Shown here one piece after another: positions 12,341-24,169 of a stretch of 64,000 nucleotides of DNA. This stretch comes from Hormiphora californensis. Taxonomy: Eukaryota > Animalia > Ctenophora. Positions within the stretch are counted from its first letter, which is position 1. Each line of letters begins with the position of its first letter. The notes under the pieces are model-generated. The model was not told the origin of the DNA. It ran no database searches and saw only the letters and a list, made by a program, of their open reading frames with translations. The stretch covers positions 4,340,001 through 4,404,000 of the forward strand of contig CM035353.1 of assembly GCA_020137815.1 (NCBI GenBank), given 5' to 3'. Both the position numbers and the translations under genes were made by a program.

Positions 12341-13084
12341 AAATAAATAGCCTGGATGTTGTGGTCCATGTAATCGTTCATAGCACTCTAATAACTTCAT
12401 GGCCACTTCTTGGTTGGTCTAAGCTTAGCCTCCTCTGCTGGCATTTCGCAATGTTTCTTTGCCTTCTGAGTTTGGTAACAGCAGTGCGTATGTCGTTTGG
12501 CAGTGCGAGATTGAGGCTTTCTTTCACTTCGGTCTTGGATTTGTCCAATGTGGCGGTATTGATCTCTCCATTCTTGACTTGATGGTGTAGTATTAGAGCC
12601 AAGTGTGATCACTTGGGATCGAGGGGTCGGATTCGTCGGATTAACATCCGGTTCCATCCGGCCCCCGAAATAAACGCCGTTGCCCAGGTCTCCTCCTCCA
12701 ACTCCTCCTCTTTCTCCTCCTCTAACCCCTCCTTAATCTCTCGGTAAATGCCCGGGAGTTGTCCGTGTGTAGCGTTGTGCTGGACGGTACCGGGCTGGAC
12801 TGCACCAGGCTGGAGTGCACTGAGTTGGAGTACACCGGGTTGGAAGAATGTGTATTCCCGGCCGTAGATCTATAGAATCACAGCTGGGTTGGAACAATGT
12901 TACCCCTGATGGTCTGTACAACCTCATGGTTCTCGCTTTATGTCAATTTTTAATAACAGGAACCACTTACGGAGACTGTCCGATATAAAATATGACCAAT
13001 ATATTAATTAAATATGACCAATATATTAATTAAAAGATGTCAGATAAGGTAATAAAAGATGTTAGTAAAGAAGTAAAAAGATCT

Positions 13085-13507
13085 AGTGTCGTTTCTGATG
13101 GATGGTCTGCCATGTTTGCAAAGAAGTTTAACCAATGAGATGCTAAGTAGCGCAAAAGAATTGCTACATCTGGCTGCAGCTTTTGTGCCAGATTAATGTT
13201 TTCATAGGGGTCTTGTACTACGAAACATTTTGAATTGCTAATAGTTTCCCTATTGCGTATATCAAAAGATTTTGTAAACAGTTGCCCATTAGCAATGTTT
13301 GTTAGGACCCACACGATGATGCTGGTGAAGGGTTTTGGGAATGCCCTCCTACGATACTTCACGTTTTCATAGCTTTTGGTATCTACTAGGCCAAAACAGC
13401 GCTCGTTGACGCAGGTTGCAGCAAATATTATGGCCCATTAGCGAAGCTGTCTCTAGCTCTCTGATTCACTACTAGCTTCCGACAGAGCAGGGTTCTCAGA
13501 TACTACA
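13085..13507 (-). pseudogene. LTR terminus fused to TENT-like C-terminal fragment
   Basis: Begins TGTAGTATCTGAGAACCCTG at 13507; ORF contains CFVVQDPYENINLAQKL (PAP-associated DP(F/Y)..N motif). Confidence 0.6.
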
Positions 13508-14608
13508 ATGTTGCTCCTGATGGTCTGTACAACCTCATGGTGCTCGCTAGTATTGTTCATTTTTTTAATAATAGGAACCACTTACGGAGACTGTCCGATA
13601 TAAAATATGACCAATATATTAATTAAAGATGACCAATATACTAATAAAAAAATGCCAGATAAAGTAATAAAAGATGTTAGTAAAGAAGTAAAAAGATGTC
13701 CAATAAAGTATAAATTATAAAGACAAGCTGTTGATAGATCTATATTGATTCAATTTATTAAACACAGGGAGGGAACACTGTCACCGGAATGTTGGGCCTG
13801 CAGTTACGTAGGTACAGTATTCACAGTAAATCGCAGTGTCCTTCGTCTACTGGCAGCCGGGACAGCCGGGGCAGTCCGGCAACCCAGTCATCCAATGGTG
13901 ACGTGGATACCGGCACTGCCGCATCCGACAAACTAGCAACTCGGGCTCAACTGAGAATGTTAACGCCCCCGGACCCAGCACCCTGAAACCGAGGGTGCTC
14001 ATTTAATGGGCACGACAGCACTTCGATAAGCCGGTGATGACATATCAATGGCGCCAGCTCATCGAAGAGAAACTGTAAATCACAACGACTTACAGTAACG
14101 GGGTTAATAGGCACCCCACACTGCCCCACTACCGAATCAAAACGAAGATTCCATGCAACCATTCGCTCATGGGGGCAGTCCAACTCCCAAACCGTCCAAA
14201 GCTCACCGACAAAATTTACAAGGGACATGGTGTTCTAAAAAAGTAAAAACGTGTTAGAAACAAATTAGAGAACATGTTGACTAAAAACGCTTAAAAAATA
14301 GCATATAGTAAAAATATACAGGGGCCTACAACGGTGTAATGTGCCGATATCTCCCGGGGTGTCCTCACATACAGCGCATTGAAGGTGTGCCAAGGGGAGA
14401 AGCCCATGACACTCCTCCATGGCGACCGGCCTGTTGATCGCCCAACTAAAAAGGGAGCAGGCGCAATAAACCACCGGCACCCCGTTTTTAGAAGGGATCA
14501 CGGACCACAAGGGGGTAGGGTGACCAGCCCCCTGACACTCTAACAAATCCCGATGGCGGTGGGAACAAATCAGGCCAGCATGCCCAACCAGTAGGGCCTC
14601 GACCATAC

Positions 14609-14835
14609 TGTTACAGGAGTGGTGTGCAACCTTGTAAATCCATTTCCGGGGCAGGGACAAAGTTCAAAACAAGTTGGCTCAGTGTGGCGAGAGCTAACAG
14701 TGCACCACTAACGTAATGGTTGGGGAAATGACAGAAGTGAAATAGGAACAAGATAAACTCGATAAAATCTCTCTTTCTCTCTCTCTATCAATCATCCGAT
14801 ATATCGATCATCCGATTCTTATAATATATATAACA
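14609..14835. mobile_element. Short or internally deleted solo LTR, TGTTA...TAACA, 4-bp TSD ATAC
   Basis: Absent from the other two tandem units; ATAC at 14605-14608 and 14836-14839. Confidence 0.75.
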
Positions 14836-15008
14836 ATACAAACAATATATATAACAATACAAAATGTAATGGCTGTAGCGTCGACAGGCCAGCCCAAACG
14901 TTCAACCACCAAGGTCAAAGTAGAGTCCCAGAGGACCTGCCGAATCATCTCTTGCCTGGCGTCCATTAGAGAATTGCTAAAAAAAAATTTAATTACCTAC
15001 TATTAGTG

Positions 15009-15045
<37 letters not shown>

Positions 15046-15088
15046 TTATCTTTTTTGTTTCCTTGCGACTATGTTTTCAATTCAATAA

Positions 15089-15752
15089 TTATTTGTCTAG
15101 GTTTTGGATTAGGTGGGATAGCCTACTCTGTGCGTTTTCTGGTGCTATTGTAGCAGTGCTTCTAGTTCTAGCTCGTAGTCCTGATGATGAAGGAGCTTCT
15201 ACTAAGTTGGAGATATTTGGGGTGCTAAATGTTCTCTGTTGTTCTTGAACTAGTTCATGTAAATCATCGTTTAGTTGTTCATACATGATGTTTTCAGTGA
15301 GCTGTGTTTGTCTTCCTGGGACTGGTGGTGCTCTTGTGGGCTTAGTGATTGGACTAGCGTTGAGTAAGGTGGCTGGTGTGCTAAATGTAGTGTTTTGGAT
15401 GACCTGTGGTCTCCTTTCAGATGGGGAGTCAAAAGTTAAATCTATATGTAGCTTAGTTGATTTGTTCACTAACTTAATCAGTGGAATGCGAGCAGTGGGA
15501 AGTGCTAATTTAATGAGGAATTTACCGTCTTTACTTTTGATGGTTCTACAGATTTCTTTTATCAGGTGTGGGATTTTGTCAGTTGGAGAGTGGACAATAG
15601 CGTCTAAGTCAGACCCTACAAGATTTAAATCACTTACAGTCGAACCAAAGAACGAAATGGTGACGTTAGGTAGTTTGGTCGTGACCAGGCGAATCTGGTT
15701 AGCTACTTTCTCCCATGTTTTTCGGTCAGTGAGTTGTTTGATCAGGGTTCTC
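15089..15752 (-). CDS. Intronless TENT (Trf4/Cid1-like) nucleotidyltransferase catalytic core plus low-complexity tail, 5'-truncated
   Basis: Open frame upstream of ORF 15089-15469 reads ISFFGSTVSDLNLVGSDLDAIV...LPTARIPLIKLVNKSTKLHIDLTFD: GS, DxD and the third Asp all present. Confidence 0.88.
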
Positions 15753-16599
15753 AGATACTACAGTGCACCCTTATCACAGATGCCTTTCCCGCCGGGTGGC
15801 TTGGTTGAACTATTATCTCGGTTACCGTTCCTTTATTGAACTCCATTCTTATTTTGCTCTCAGTTATCAGTTATCAGTTATTCTCCATATTCTAGTACAA
15901 TGAGGAAATCCGTTAAGCATGTACTTAGTACATTGTACTACCGTAACCACTAACCTTCCTCTATGTCTCCTTTCTCTTGCTCGCTATAATTATTTGTATC
16001 TCTTTTCTCTCTCATAATTAGTGAATATCTGTATGACAAATTCCTAAACACCTCTCTGATATAAAGCTATTGCCAATATCCCCTACCCCAGACTGTAATA
16101 GAGGGTCGCGTCCACTCTGCATACTCTCTCTTGCCACTCGAAGCGTTCTCTCTCTCAGAGAGTCTCTGTAAACCAGGGGTCTAAAAGCACAAAATGGGCT
16201 TAAATTACGCGAGTTTGATTGATGGGAAGCTCCAAATGTTAACATGTTTGCCCTATCGTTATTGATAGGTTGCTTATAACGTAGTACGTAAGCAACCTAT
16301 CAATAACGTCACGTACACTAGAATTGATTGAACTAAGGTAAACACAAAGCTTGAATAGACGAATCTAAATGGTAGTAAAATCACAATATGTCTGAACAAC
16401 ATGGTATAATACTCAGTATTCTCAGTACTACAAATACTACTAACACTACGTTCAAGATATGTAACAAATATTAACAAATTCTAATTTTTAGGGTAGGTGG
16501 AATATGCTCAGTGAGAAAGACAGTGAGAAAGACAGCGTGAGCATTGCACGCTGTCTTTCTACCTCTCTCTCACTATTGTTGCTCATGCTAACAACCTCC

Positions 16600-18075
16600 T
16601 CCTGTAGTTCCAATATTCCAACGCTCTGGTCTGAGCGTTCTCCCAATACCTTCGCTCAGCTCTTATCAGATCGCTTTGTTCTTCCTCCCATGTCCTTGTA
16701 ATCACCGCGGTATACATTCCATTCTAACTAATACAATTCATGTTAGTGTATTTTTTTCACACTCGTGTCTGGGAGCTCCGAACTCTGAGAAACAATTCCT
16801 ATATATTTCAGGCGGCCCTCCTTCCACTCCTTCCACTCTTGAACAGCTGGAGGGTGTCTCGGATATTGGAGTATGCTGGACATGTAGTGCTTCTGTCGGC
16901 TCTTTTTATGTTCAGATAATCTCTCCACTTATTGCCCATCTGATCAAAATATTTTCAATGATATAGTGTGCTTATTCCATCACCCCAATTTAAATAGATT
17001 TTAAAATAAGTCATACCCATAGATCGTCTAATCTTAGTTGCAGTAACTTACCTTACAATCATACTCGTGTTTGGGAGCTCCGCACTCCGGGAAGCAACTC
17101 CGGTATATCGCAGTTATGTAGTGTAAATCCGGACCCCGAACTCGAACTAACGTACCACCAACTCGTGGGTGCCCCAGATGGGGGCAACTCCGGTATATCG
17201 CAGGGGGTTCCTCATCATTATCTCTCATTTTCTCGTCCTAGGAATACGTTAGCCGTTATTTTAACTAGAAATCTATGTCTATAAGTTCATTTAGATGTAT
17301 TTTATGTTAATAATTCAATTAATTTCATGTCTGTGCTCTTTTTGCTTTATTTTCACTACATATATTACCTCTATCTGGCCTACTGTTACTGTGCTCCTCT
17401 TCTTCTTGCTCCTAGCTTCCGATCGACTGTCGCATTCAGCCGAGCGATTGTTGGTGGTAGTAAAACTCTGCCTACTGGCGGTACATCTCGGCCAGTTCTA
17501 GATGTCGCTGGGAATCAGCTGCCAGCGAGGTCTCCCGTTGTGTTCCCTCTTCCAGTTCAGCGTTGGCCATCAGGAGTCCAACGCTGAGCCCGTCTGTATC
17601 CCCGTTCTGCCGATCGACAGTCGCGTTCAGCCGAGCTATATAGTGGCTTTCAGCCGATCGACTTCTCGCTCCTTCTTACGCCTGTAGTTCTTCCAGTAAT
17701 TTCCGCTGGCCGGTGTTGGCTCCCTACACGCAAGTGAACCTTAATGCACTCTTAAAATCAAAACACACAAAACAAGTCTCTAGACGAAATCCACATGCTT
17801 GATCCACATGCCTCGGGTCCAGTCCTTATACTGCAGGTCTCTTCCATCTGATCAAAATATTTTTAATGTTATAGTGTGCTTATTCCATCACCCCAATTTA
17901 AATAAATTTTAAAATAAGTCACCCATAGATCGTCTAATCTTAGTCAGTAACTTACATCCTGCCTCATGTTTGGGTGCTTCGCATTCCGGGTAACAGTTCC
18001 TAAATACTTCAGGAGGAACATGATCGGTGCAGGCCCGTTCAATCGTCACACAATCTCTCATTTCCTCGTCCTAGG
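16600..18075 (-). pseudogene. Multi-exon gene family fragments with PPxI(Y/F)RNCxPECxAPKHE motif (16600-17240, 17770-18075)
   Basis: Repeated motif, shared gtaagttactg donor and ttttgatcag acceptor; third copy on the plus strand at 30645-31050. Confidence 0.55.
17420..17720 (-). pseudogene. bZIP-like accessory gene copy (frameshifted)
   Basis: GNYWKNYRRKKEREVDRLKA...GLSVGLLMANAELEE...HLELAEMYRQ. Confidence 0.85.
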
Positions 18076-18139
18076 AATAAGAAAGCCGTTATTTTAACTA
18101 GAAATCTACTATGTCTAGTTCATCTAGATGTGTCTTACT

Positions 18140-18700
18140 TCACATAATTTCACGTCTGTGCTCTTTTTGCTTTATTTTCACTATATTACCTCTAGTCGGC
18201 CCACTGTAACTACTATCATCCTCTTCCTTCGACTCTTGGCCTCTGGATTCCTTATCTTTACTATACCATATACCAGGATAATAGTAGGTTTCATCAAAAT
18301 TACCATAACCTGCTATTCTCAAGAAACTGCTGTTATTTGTTTTCAGTAACTGCTCTGGTTTGATTTCTTCAATCAGGACTACTGATCCATATATCCATAG
18401 GTGGTAAATTTTGTCCATCACTCTGCACCACCAGTAAAAGACTCTTTCAAACGAGTACTTTTTGTCACACGGCCATGCCCACTCATATTCGCCAACTATT
18501 TCCTCGTCAATGATGATCGGGTTCCCTGACAAATACCTTTTCATGTCCACTCTCATTCTGCACTTCTTCTGGACTTTTCGTGAACATAATTCAACCTCAA
18601 CAAGTCCATTATCCTTGGGTCCAATCCTTGTTTCTTCCTTTCGGCCCTCAACCTTTTCCTCTCCTCTTCCCGTAAACTTAGTTGTTCTTCGTTATTCATT
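18140..18700 (-). pseudogene. Homolog of ORF0 (44687-45400)
   Basis: KYSFERVFYWWCRVMDKIYH..GSVVL..LRIAGYGNF aligns with KYCLTYVIWWWKELIRDFH..GGIGL..LRIKCYYKF. Confidence 0.65.
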
Positions 18701-19147
18701 GGCTAAGGTTATATATTGTTAGGTTCATGTTTTGTATGGTCATGTAGGCATTTATTTTACTAAAATGTAACTTCTAGGTAGCAATAAAAGCTAACTAATC
18801 AACTGTCTAGGTTTGAATTGCAATGTACAATTTTTTCTGCGGCCTAGACTGTACTCTTTTTGTAACCTTGACTTCCTCTCTTCTTACTTCTCCAGCTATC
18901 CCTTCTTTCCTTGGTTCTTTCTCTACCTCTTCCTCTAGCTCTTCTAGCTGTTCACAAGGACTACCGGAAGTCGGCTATGAGCTCCATCTCCAGTAAGATT
19001 CTATTTTCCACTAGATTATCTCCAATGTCGCCTTTTCACAGTTATCTTGTCTACTGAGTCAGGCATATTATTATCGCAATCAAACTAATAATTAATAAAA
19101 TATACACTGAGCTGTGTCTCTTTTATAGTGTCTCTGTCAACTTCAAG

Positions 19148-19290
19148 CTACCTAGTACGGGTGTTGAGGCGGGATGGTCTTCTTCTTCTTATGACACTCT
19201 CAAGGGAGGGGTACGGAGACATTCGTGGGTCAAGGGGCCGGACTTTTTTATCACCAGGCGGTTCCACCCTGCGCCGGCTATGTAGCAAGT
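19148..19290 (-). pseudogene. C-terminal fragment of acidic accessory gene
   Basis: KKVRPLDPRMSPYPSLESVIRRRRP; shares 3' UTR with 47340-47440. Confidence 0.85.
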
Positions 19291-19326
19291 CCATAGCAAG
19301 CACTTGATTGTTTTTTATTTCATTGA

Positions 19327-19466
19327 CATAGCAACTCTGTCTCCACATTCATTCATTGTCTTCCTGTTGGGACCCATACAGAAAGTTGGATGTTAGCTAA
19401 CATCCAACTTTCTGTATGGGTCCCAACAGGAAGACAATGAATGAATGTGGAGACAGAGTTGCTATG
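19327..19466. repeat. Perfect 140-bp spacerless palindrome
   Basis: Centre ttag|ctaa at 19396/19397; arms are reverse complements. Confidence 0.95.
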
Positions 19467-19499
19467 AATAGGGGTTGTTGAATTTTAGGACACAATTTT

Positions 19500-20720
19500 C
19501 TAAATCTGGCTGAGTTACCTACCACGCAGCTCTACGCTTTATTGCGCATCCTAGACTAAGGGACTACTCGATAGTTCATTAAAATAATCCGTATATTCTC
19601 AGATATCTTTAAATCAAATCGCTCCTCCAACTTTGAGTCCTGTAAAGATCTTTATCTTCAAAAGGATCTATGATCTGGGGCGATCCTATTTCGATTTTTT
19701 CTCCCAAATTTTTCCTCAAGTCTATACTCTATTGTGCTATTGTCTATGCCTTCCATACTATCGCCCATAAACTCCAGGATCGTGGACCTTCGTTCCTGCC
19801 GCATCACTCCTTTTTTCCAATATGGGCCTTCTTTTTATTTCGCTCGCTGTTCGTGCTACAAATTTTTCCCACGGGACAACTTCAGGCATTTCCCTTCAAT
19901 ATGCAGGCCTCTTTTACCATGTTCCTTTCCTCCAAGACCCGTATGACGATCGTGATTGCATAATTCGACACCAGGGATGTCTGTAAAACAGGTGTTCCTT
20001 CAAACAGTGTCTTGATCGACTGGACTGTTATCTGGAATATTCTCTCTTGCGTGAACCTGTAAAATATTAGTGTTTTAAAATATGTACCATTTATTCCCAC
20101 TTAATTTTAGTTGTTACTACTCTAAATTTTAATGTCTCACCATTTGATAATTAGGTTTGAATTCCACAGAACTCTTTCTTTTTTGTCTTCTGCTGAGGCG
20201 CAGCAGAAATCCACCTTTATTCCTAATTCATGCCTGAGTGTCAGAACTTCCAGTTTGTTCACCTGATGGAAGGTGGTTTATACGCGATATTGTTTGATTA
20301 AATTCAACATACCAAATAAGATAATTACTGTAACTTATAACAGTATCCCCTAAATTTAACCCTTAACATACCTTTTTTACAAATACAAACTTTAAGCCTC
20401 TATTTTTCTCTATGTTTCTTATGTGTTTCATTGGCGCTCTTATCGGCCCATACTAATACGTCTATATCGCATTTTTGGTCGAACCAAAGACCCGGTATTT
20501 TATCTTCCTTCTTTCTAGCATCTCGTTAACCTCCTTCATCGCCTGATTGATTTTGTATAATTGTACCTGAAGTGAGGTTGATTTGAGTTTCGATGGCCTG
20601 GGAAGTTCAGATTGACTTTGCTGTTTGCTACTATCATTGTTATTATTATGTACCTTTTCGTCCTTCCCTATATCAACCCCCATACGGTGCTCGAGGTATG
20701 ATACCATTACTACAAAGTGG
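19500..20720 (-). pseudogene. Intron-containing TENT/TUTase-like gene, copy 1 (frameshifted)
   Basis: YRVFGSTK / CDIDVLVWAD; GT-AG introns 20263-20371 and 20057-20140; LRHELGIKVDF..VLWNSNLIIKW|FTQERIF..VSNYAITIV; GSPQIIDPFEDKDLYRTQ. Confidence 0.85.
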
Positions 20721-21374
20721 AGCTTGTTAATTATTATTATTAGTATACTAAACCAACAACGAAGTAATCCAACTATACTCGTTTGATATATGAGACATAA
20801 TATAAGCAACACAAGTAATATTAAAATCTTATATCTCTGAATATCTAGTATCATCACATCATAATTGTTCAGTTTGACACAGTTCTCTCGTGTCAAATAC
20901 CTGGCAAGTGCTCGAGATAGTAGGACACAATATTGTGTCTCAACTTCGTTACTGCCGCCTGTTGAGTCCTGTACAAATTCTTATCTTCGTAGGGGCCTTG
21001 TATTATTGGGGTGCCCCTTTTTATCTTTCCCCACAAGGGGCCCTTAGATCGACAACACTGTTGTCTAGCATCTCGCCCAGGTTTTCCAGGGCCATTAAAT
21101 AATTAATAATAATTAATAATAATTATAATAATTAATAATAATAATTAATAATTAATAGTAATACTGTTGATCCGTCGGTTCCCCGTTTTATCTCTCCTCT
21201 CGTTGTCCTTGTGGCTATATGCTGCTCTTTTACGACCTAGAATGAGGTGTGATATCGTTATTACCTTAACTTATCTAATTTGTCAATGATTACAATATAA
21301 TTATTTCCTTATTAGTTTTTTGTTGTTATTTACCTGTCCGATATACTAATAAAATATGACCAATATATTAATCC

Positions 21375-21525
21375 GGGCCTCTCCTATCATGCTGGTTATT
21401 GCTGTAAGATTTGGGTAAAATTCCTGCCCCATAAGCTCAAAGTTGTCTTCCCCGTCTATTGTTATGCAGCTGCTTCCTCTATGGTGACAGGAGCCCTGTT
21501 TCCAAACTGCACCACCGCCATGTTA
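21375..21525 (-). pseudogene. Fragment homologous to accessory ORF 58270-58622
   Basis: VQFGNRAPVTIEE..EFYPNLTAIT vs IQLGNNAPITIEE..KIYPDFTEIT. Confidence 0.7.
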
Positions 21526-21605
21526 AGATTGTGTATAAGATAGGGAAGGCTCCAGACTACAATATATGCAACAACAAAACTTAGTATGAGAGCTAATAAT
21601 AATGT

Positions 21606-21740
21606 ACGCGGATAATTCCCTCGATGTCTATCTGTCCGCCGCTTAGTCTGATACCTGGTATTTTTGTCACCCCGCTCAGCTGAATCTCATATCCCCCGGT
21701 GCGTATCGTCAGGTTCATGGCTGCAAGGGGTCGGATTATT
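21606..21740 (-). pseudogene. N-terminal fragment of acidic accessory gene with its splice acceptor
   Basis: taatccgaccccttgcag|ccATG then MNLTIRTGGYEIQLSGVTKIPGIRLSGGQIDIEGI. Confidence 0.85.
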
Positions 21741-22439
21741 GTCTCATCTCTCTCCATGTCCCTCAGATTGTCATCCCCTTTGGTTCTCCGAGCATTGTTC
21801 TCTGAGCCATATACACTTCGTATTAACCTCTCCGCGAGAGTGCTCTCTGTGATCTGTGCAATAGTCTATCGTCCAGTACTACTCTTCCGGGTGTTCCTCT
21901 CCTCACAGAGCACTTTTCCATCTGATAAGTTCGGAATTTAGGATGACCTTCTCCTTGTTATCCCGTTTTGAGGCGACACTAATATCCACCTAAATTCTTT
22001 TTTGTGGAAAAGAGGTTTAAAATTATACTGATAACAATCAAATTATATATAAGCACACTGTGGTAATAAATTAAACATACAATAAATTAATATCTATACT
22101 ACTTGAATAGTATGGTGTAATTGTCTTCCCTCGGTAACCCCGGAGGCTGACCTTAATTCCAGAGTCGTGCCTCAAAACCATCAGCTCTTGCTTGTCGAGC
22201 TGCCTCTCGAACTTGAAGGCTCCTCTCCTCAATGGCCCCACGTTACTCCTTATCCTGCACATTGAGGGAAATCATACGACTCTTACTGCAGTTAGCGACA
22301 ATCGAGAAAACAGACAGCATAACTCTTTTAAGCGACAGTGCTGTGTAATTTCTCAAAACTCTTATTCTTAGTGAGCAACAGGGAAAAGAATTGGGGAGAG
22401 AAAGTGAGAGACAGGGTGCCCCCTTGAGAGAGATTATCT

Positions 22440-22546
22440 CGCGCGGCGCATTGGCACGTGCGGTTTGGGCGCTGGCAGGCTTTTACATGTTGCAACATGT
22501 AAAAGCCTGCCAGCGCCCAAACCGCACGTGCCAGAGCGCCGCGCGT
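22440..22546. repeat. GC-rich palindrome of about 105 bp within an insertion in the TENT gene
   Basis: Centre acatgttg|caacatgt; near-perfect arms. Confidence 0.9.
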
Positions 22547-23340
22547 TACTATCTTGCTCTCTCTCACTCACTAGCTGCATTAACTGATTGGCTGTTATCG
22601 ATCACATGTACGCAGTCACAGGCTATCCCTGTGCACTAGGACTTATCACGTGACCTTTCACGTGACCAGATGCTGTGATCCCCGGTCAGTTAAGAGTTTT
22701 AAGAGTTTATACGTCGCTAAGTAGCGGCGCTTACCACACAAGAGAATGGAATCACCATTCTCTTACTCTTGATATCTCTTACAAGAAAATAAGAGTTATT
22801 TTGGAAAACAGTCAGCACCTGTCGCTTACTCCAGTAAGCGATTGCGAAATCAATCAGCACCTGCTAACTTCAGTAAGAGTCGTATGATATCCCTCATTAG
22901 CCCCTGTATGTCCCCTTCGGCCCATACCAAAATATCCAGATCGGAGCTGTTGATTACCGTATTGCTCCTTAACGACCCGAATATTTGATGCTCTATCCCT
23001 AGCCCTGACAACATTTTTTCCGCATCCCTTTTTACTTCCCCTATTTTGAATCTCTTTAGGTTTTCCTCCCTATTAGTCTCGACCCGCATCTTGTAATCTA
23101 AGTATGTACATACTACAAAAATTCAAGATGTCTCCTCGAGCTTGGCGTCCCCTCTCAACAAACTTTTTACGTTCATGAATGAAAAATGATCAATATATTT
23201 ATGAAAATTGACCAATTATATATTAATAAAAGATGTCAGATAAAGTAATAAAAGATGTGGTATTGCAGGGGTTGGAACAATGTTGCCTCTGATGGTCTGC
23301 ACAACAATAGGAACCACTTACGGAGACTGTCCGATATAAA

Positions 23341-24049
23341 TGTAGTGTAATTTGTCGTGGGTAATGGCTGGTCGTCTAGTGGTAGGCCCAAGGTGCGTAC
23401 CTGGTCGTGACGGTTGGGTGCTGAAGTATAACAGCGACGTGGGAAGGTGTCGTTGAGAAGGTGTACACGTGCTTTACGTGTATAACAGGGACAGGAGATG
23501 AGGTACACGATTCAGTCGTGTGTAGAAGAGATCGATGAGAGGACGTTGAGTATCGACCCGTGGTGGGTATTGTTGAAGGATTCGTAGAAGTGATACAAGT
23601 TAGATTTGTGGTCGTTCAAAGAAGTAACTTGTTACAAAACAAGGCGTATATCGTATAATATGGAAGTGAAGTTAAATTGTAAACTTAGAAGTGAAGATGG
23701 GGTTTGTTGTAGTGATTAATATCTTTTCGCCTTCCTATCGTCATGCCTATTGGCTTTAGCCAATTAGGAATGCCGATGATCAAGTGCGGTTGCTCTGAAC
23801 AACTCTGACTGACTGTGGGTCGTTCTGAGTAGCTCTGTTTTATTCTGACTTATTCTGGCTTGCTCTGAGTTACTTCGAACTGTACTGACGTTATATAATA
23901 GCTGTTCTGTCTCTATACTCTCTAGTTCTCTGTGGTTACGTAGCAACAGAGAGAGAGGGAGAGAGAGCAATAACGATTAACAGTTAGAGGTATAGAGAAC
24001 TACTGATATATATCTCTCTGGGCTCTCACTGTCAGCCCCAGATAGTACA
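23341..24049 (-). mobile_element. Solo LTR, 709 bp, TGTACT...ACTACA, 4-bp TSD TAAA
   Basis: Interrupts the multicopy motif ccgatataaaatatgacc; TAAA at 23337-23340 and 24050-24053; TATA near 23895. Confidence 0.88.
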
Positions 24050-24169
24050 TAAAATATGACCAATATATTAATAAAATATGACCAATATACTAATAAAATA
24101 TGACCAATATATTAATTAAAGATGACCAATATATTAATTAAAGATGACCAATACATCAATAATTTAATT

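Larger units (their letters stand above)
9260..14980 (-). repeat. Tandem segmental repeat, unit of about 1.8 kb in about 3 copies (9260-11036, 11037-12877, partial 12878-13080, 13508-14980), each with a spliced Cys/His-domain gene
   Basis: Near-identical ORFs at 9717/11525/13947 and 10051-10565/11876/14265; acceptors tttttag and ttttttag precede the exons. Confidence 0.92.
20875..23095 (-). pseudogene. Intron-containing TENT/TUTase-like gene, copy 2, interrupted by insertions
   Basis: IFGSLRSNTVINSSDLDILVWAE (22870-23089); LRHDSGIK|VDISVAS..VILNSELIRW across GT-AG intron 21990-22151; C-terminal PIIQGPYEDKNLYRTQ at 20890-21095. Confidence 0.85.

Noticed and set aside
15410-15752. NTase as cGAS/OAS/CD-NTase
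   Set aside because: ARIPLIK..IDLTF, SNYAIT and IxDPF motifs fit non-canonical PAP/TUTase better; a profile search is still needed.
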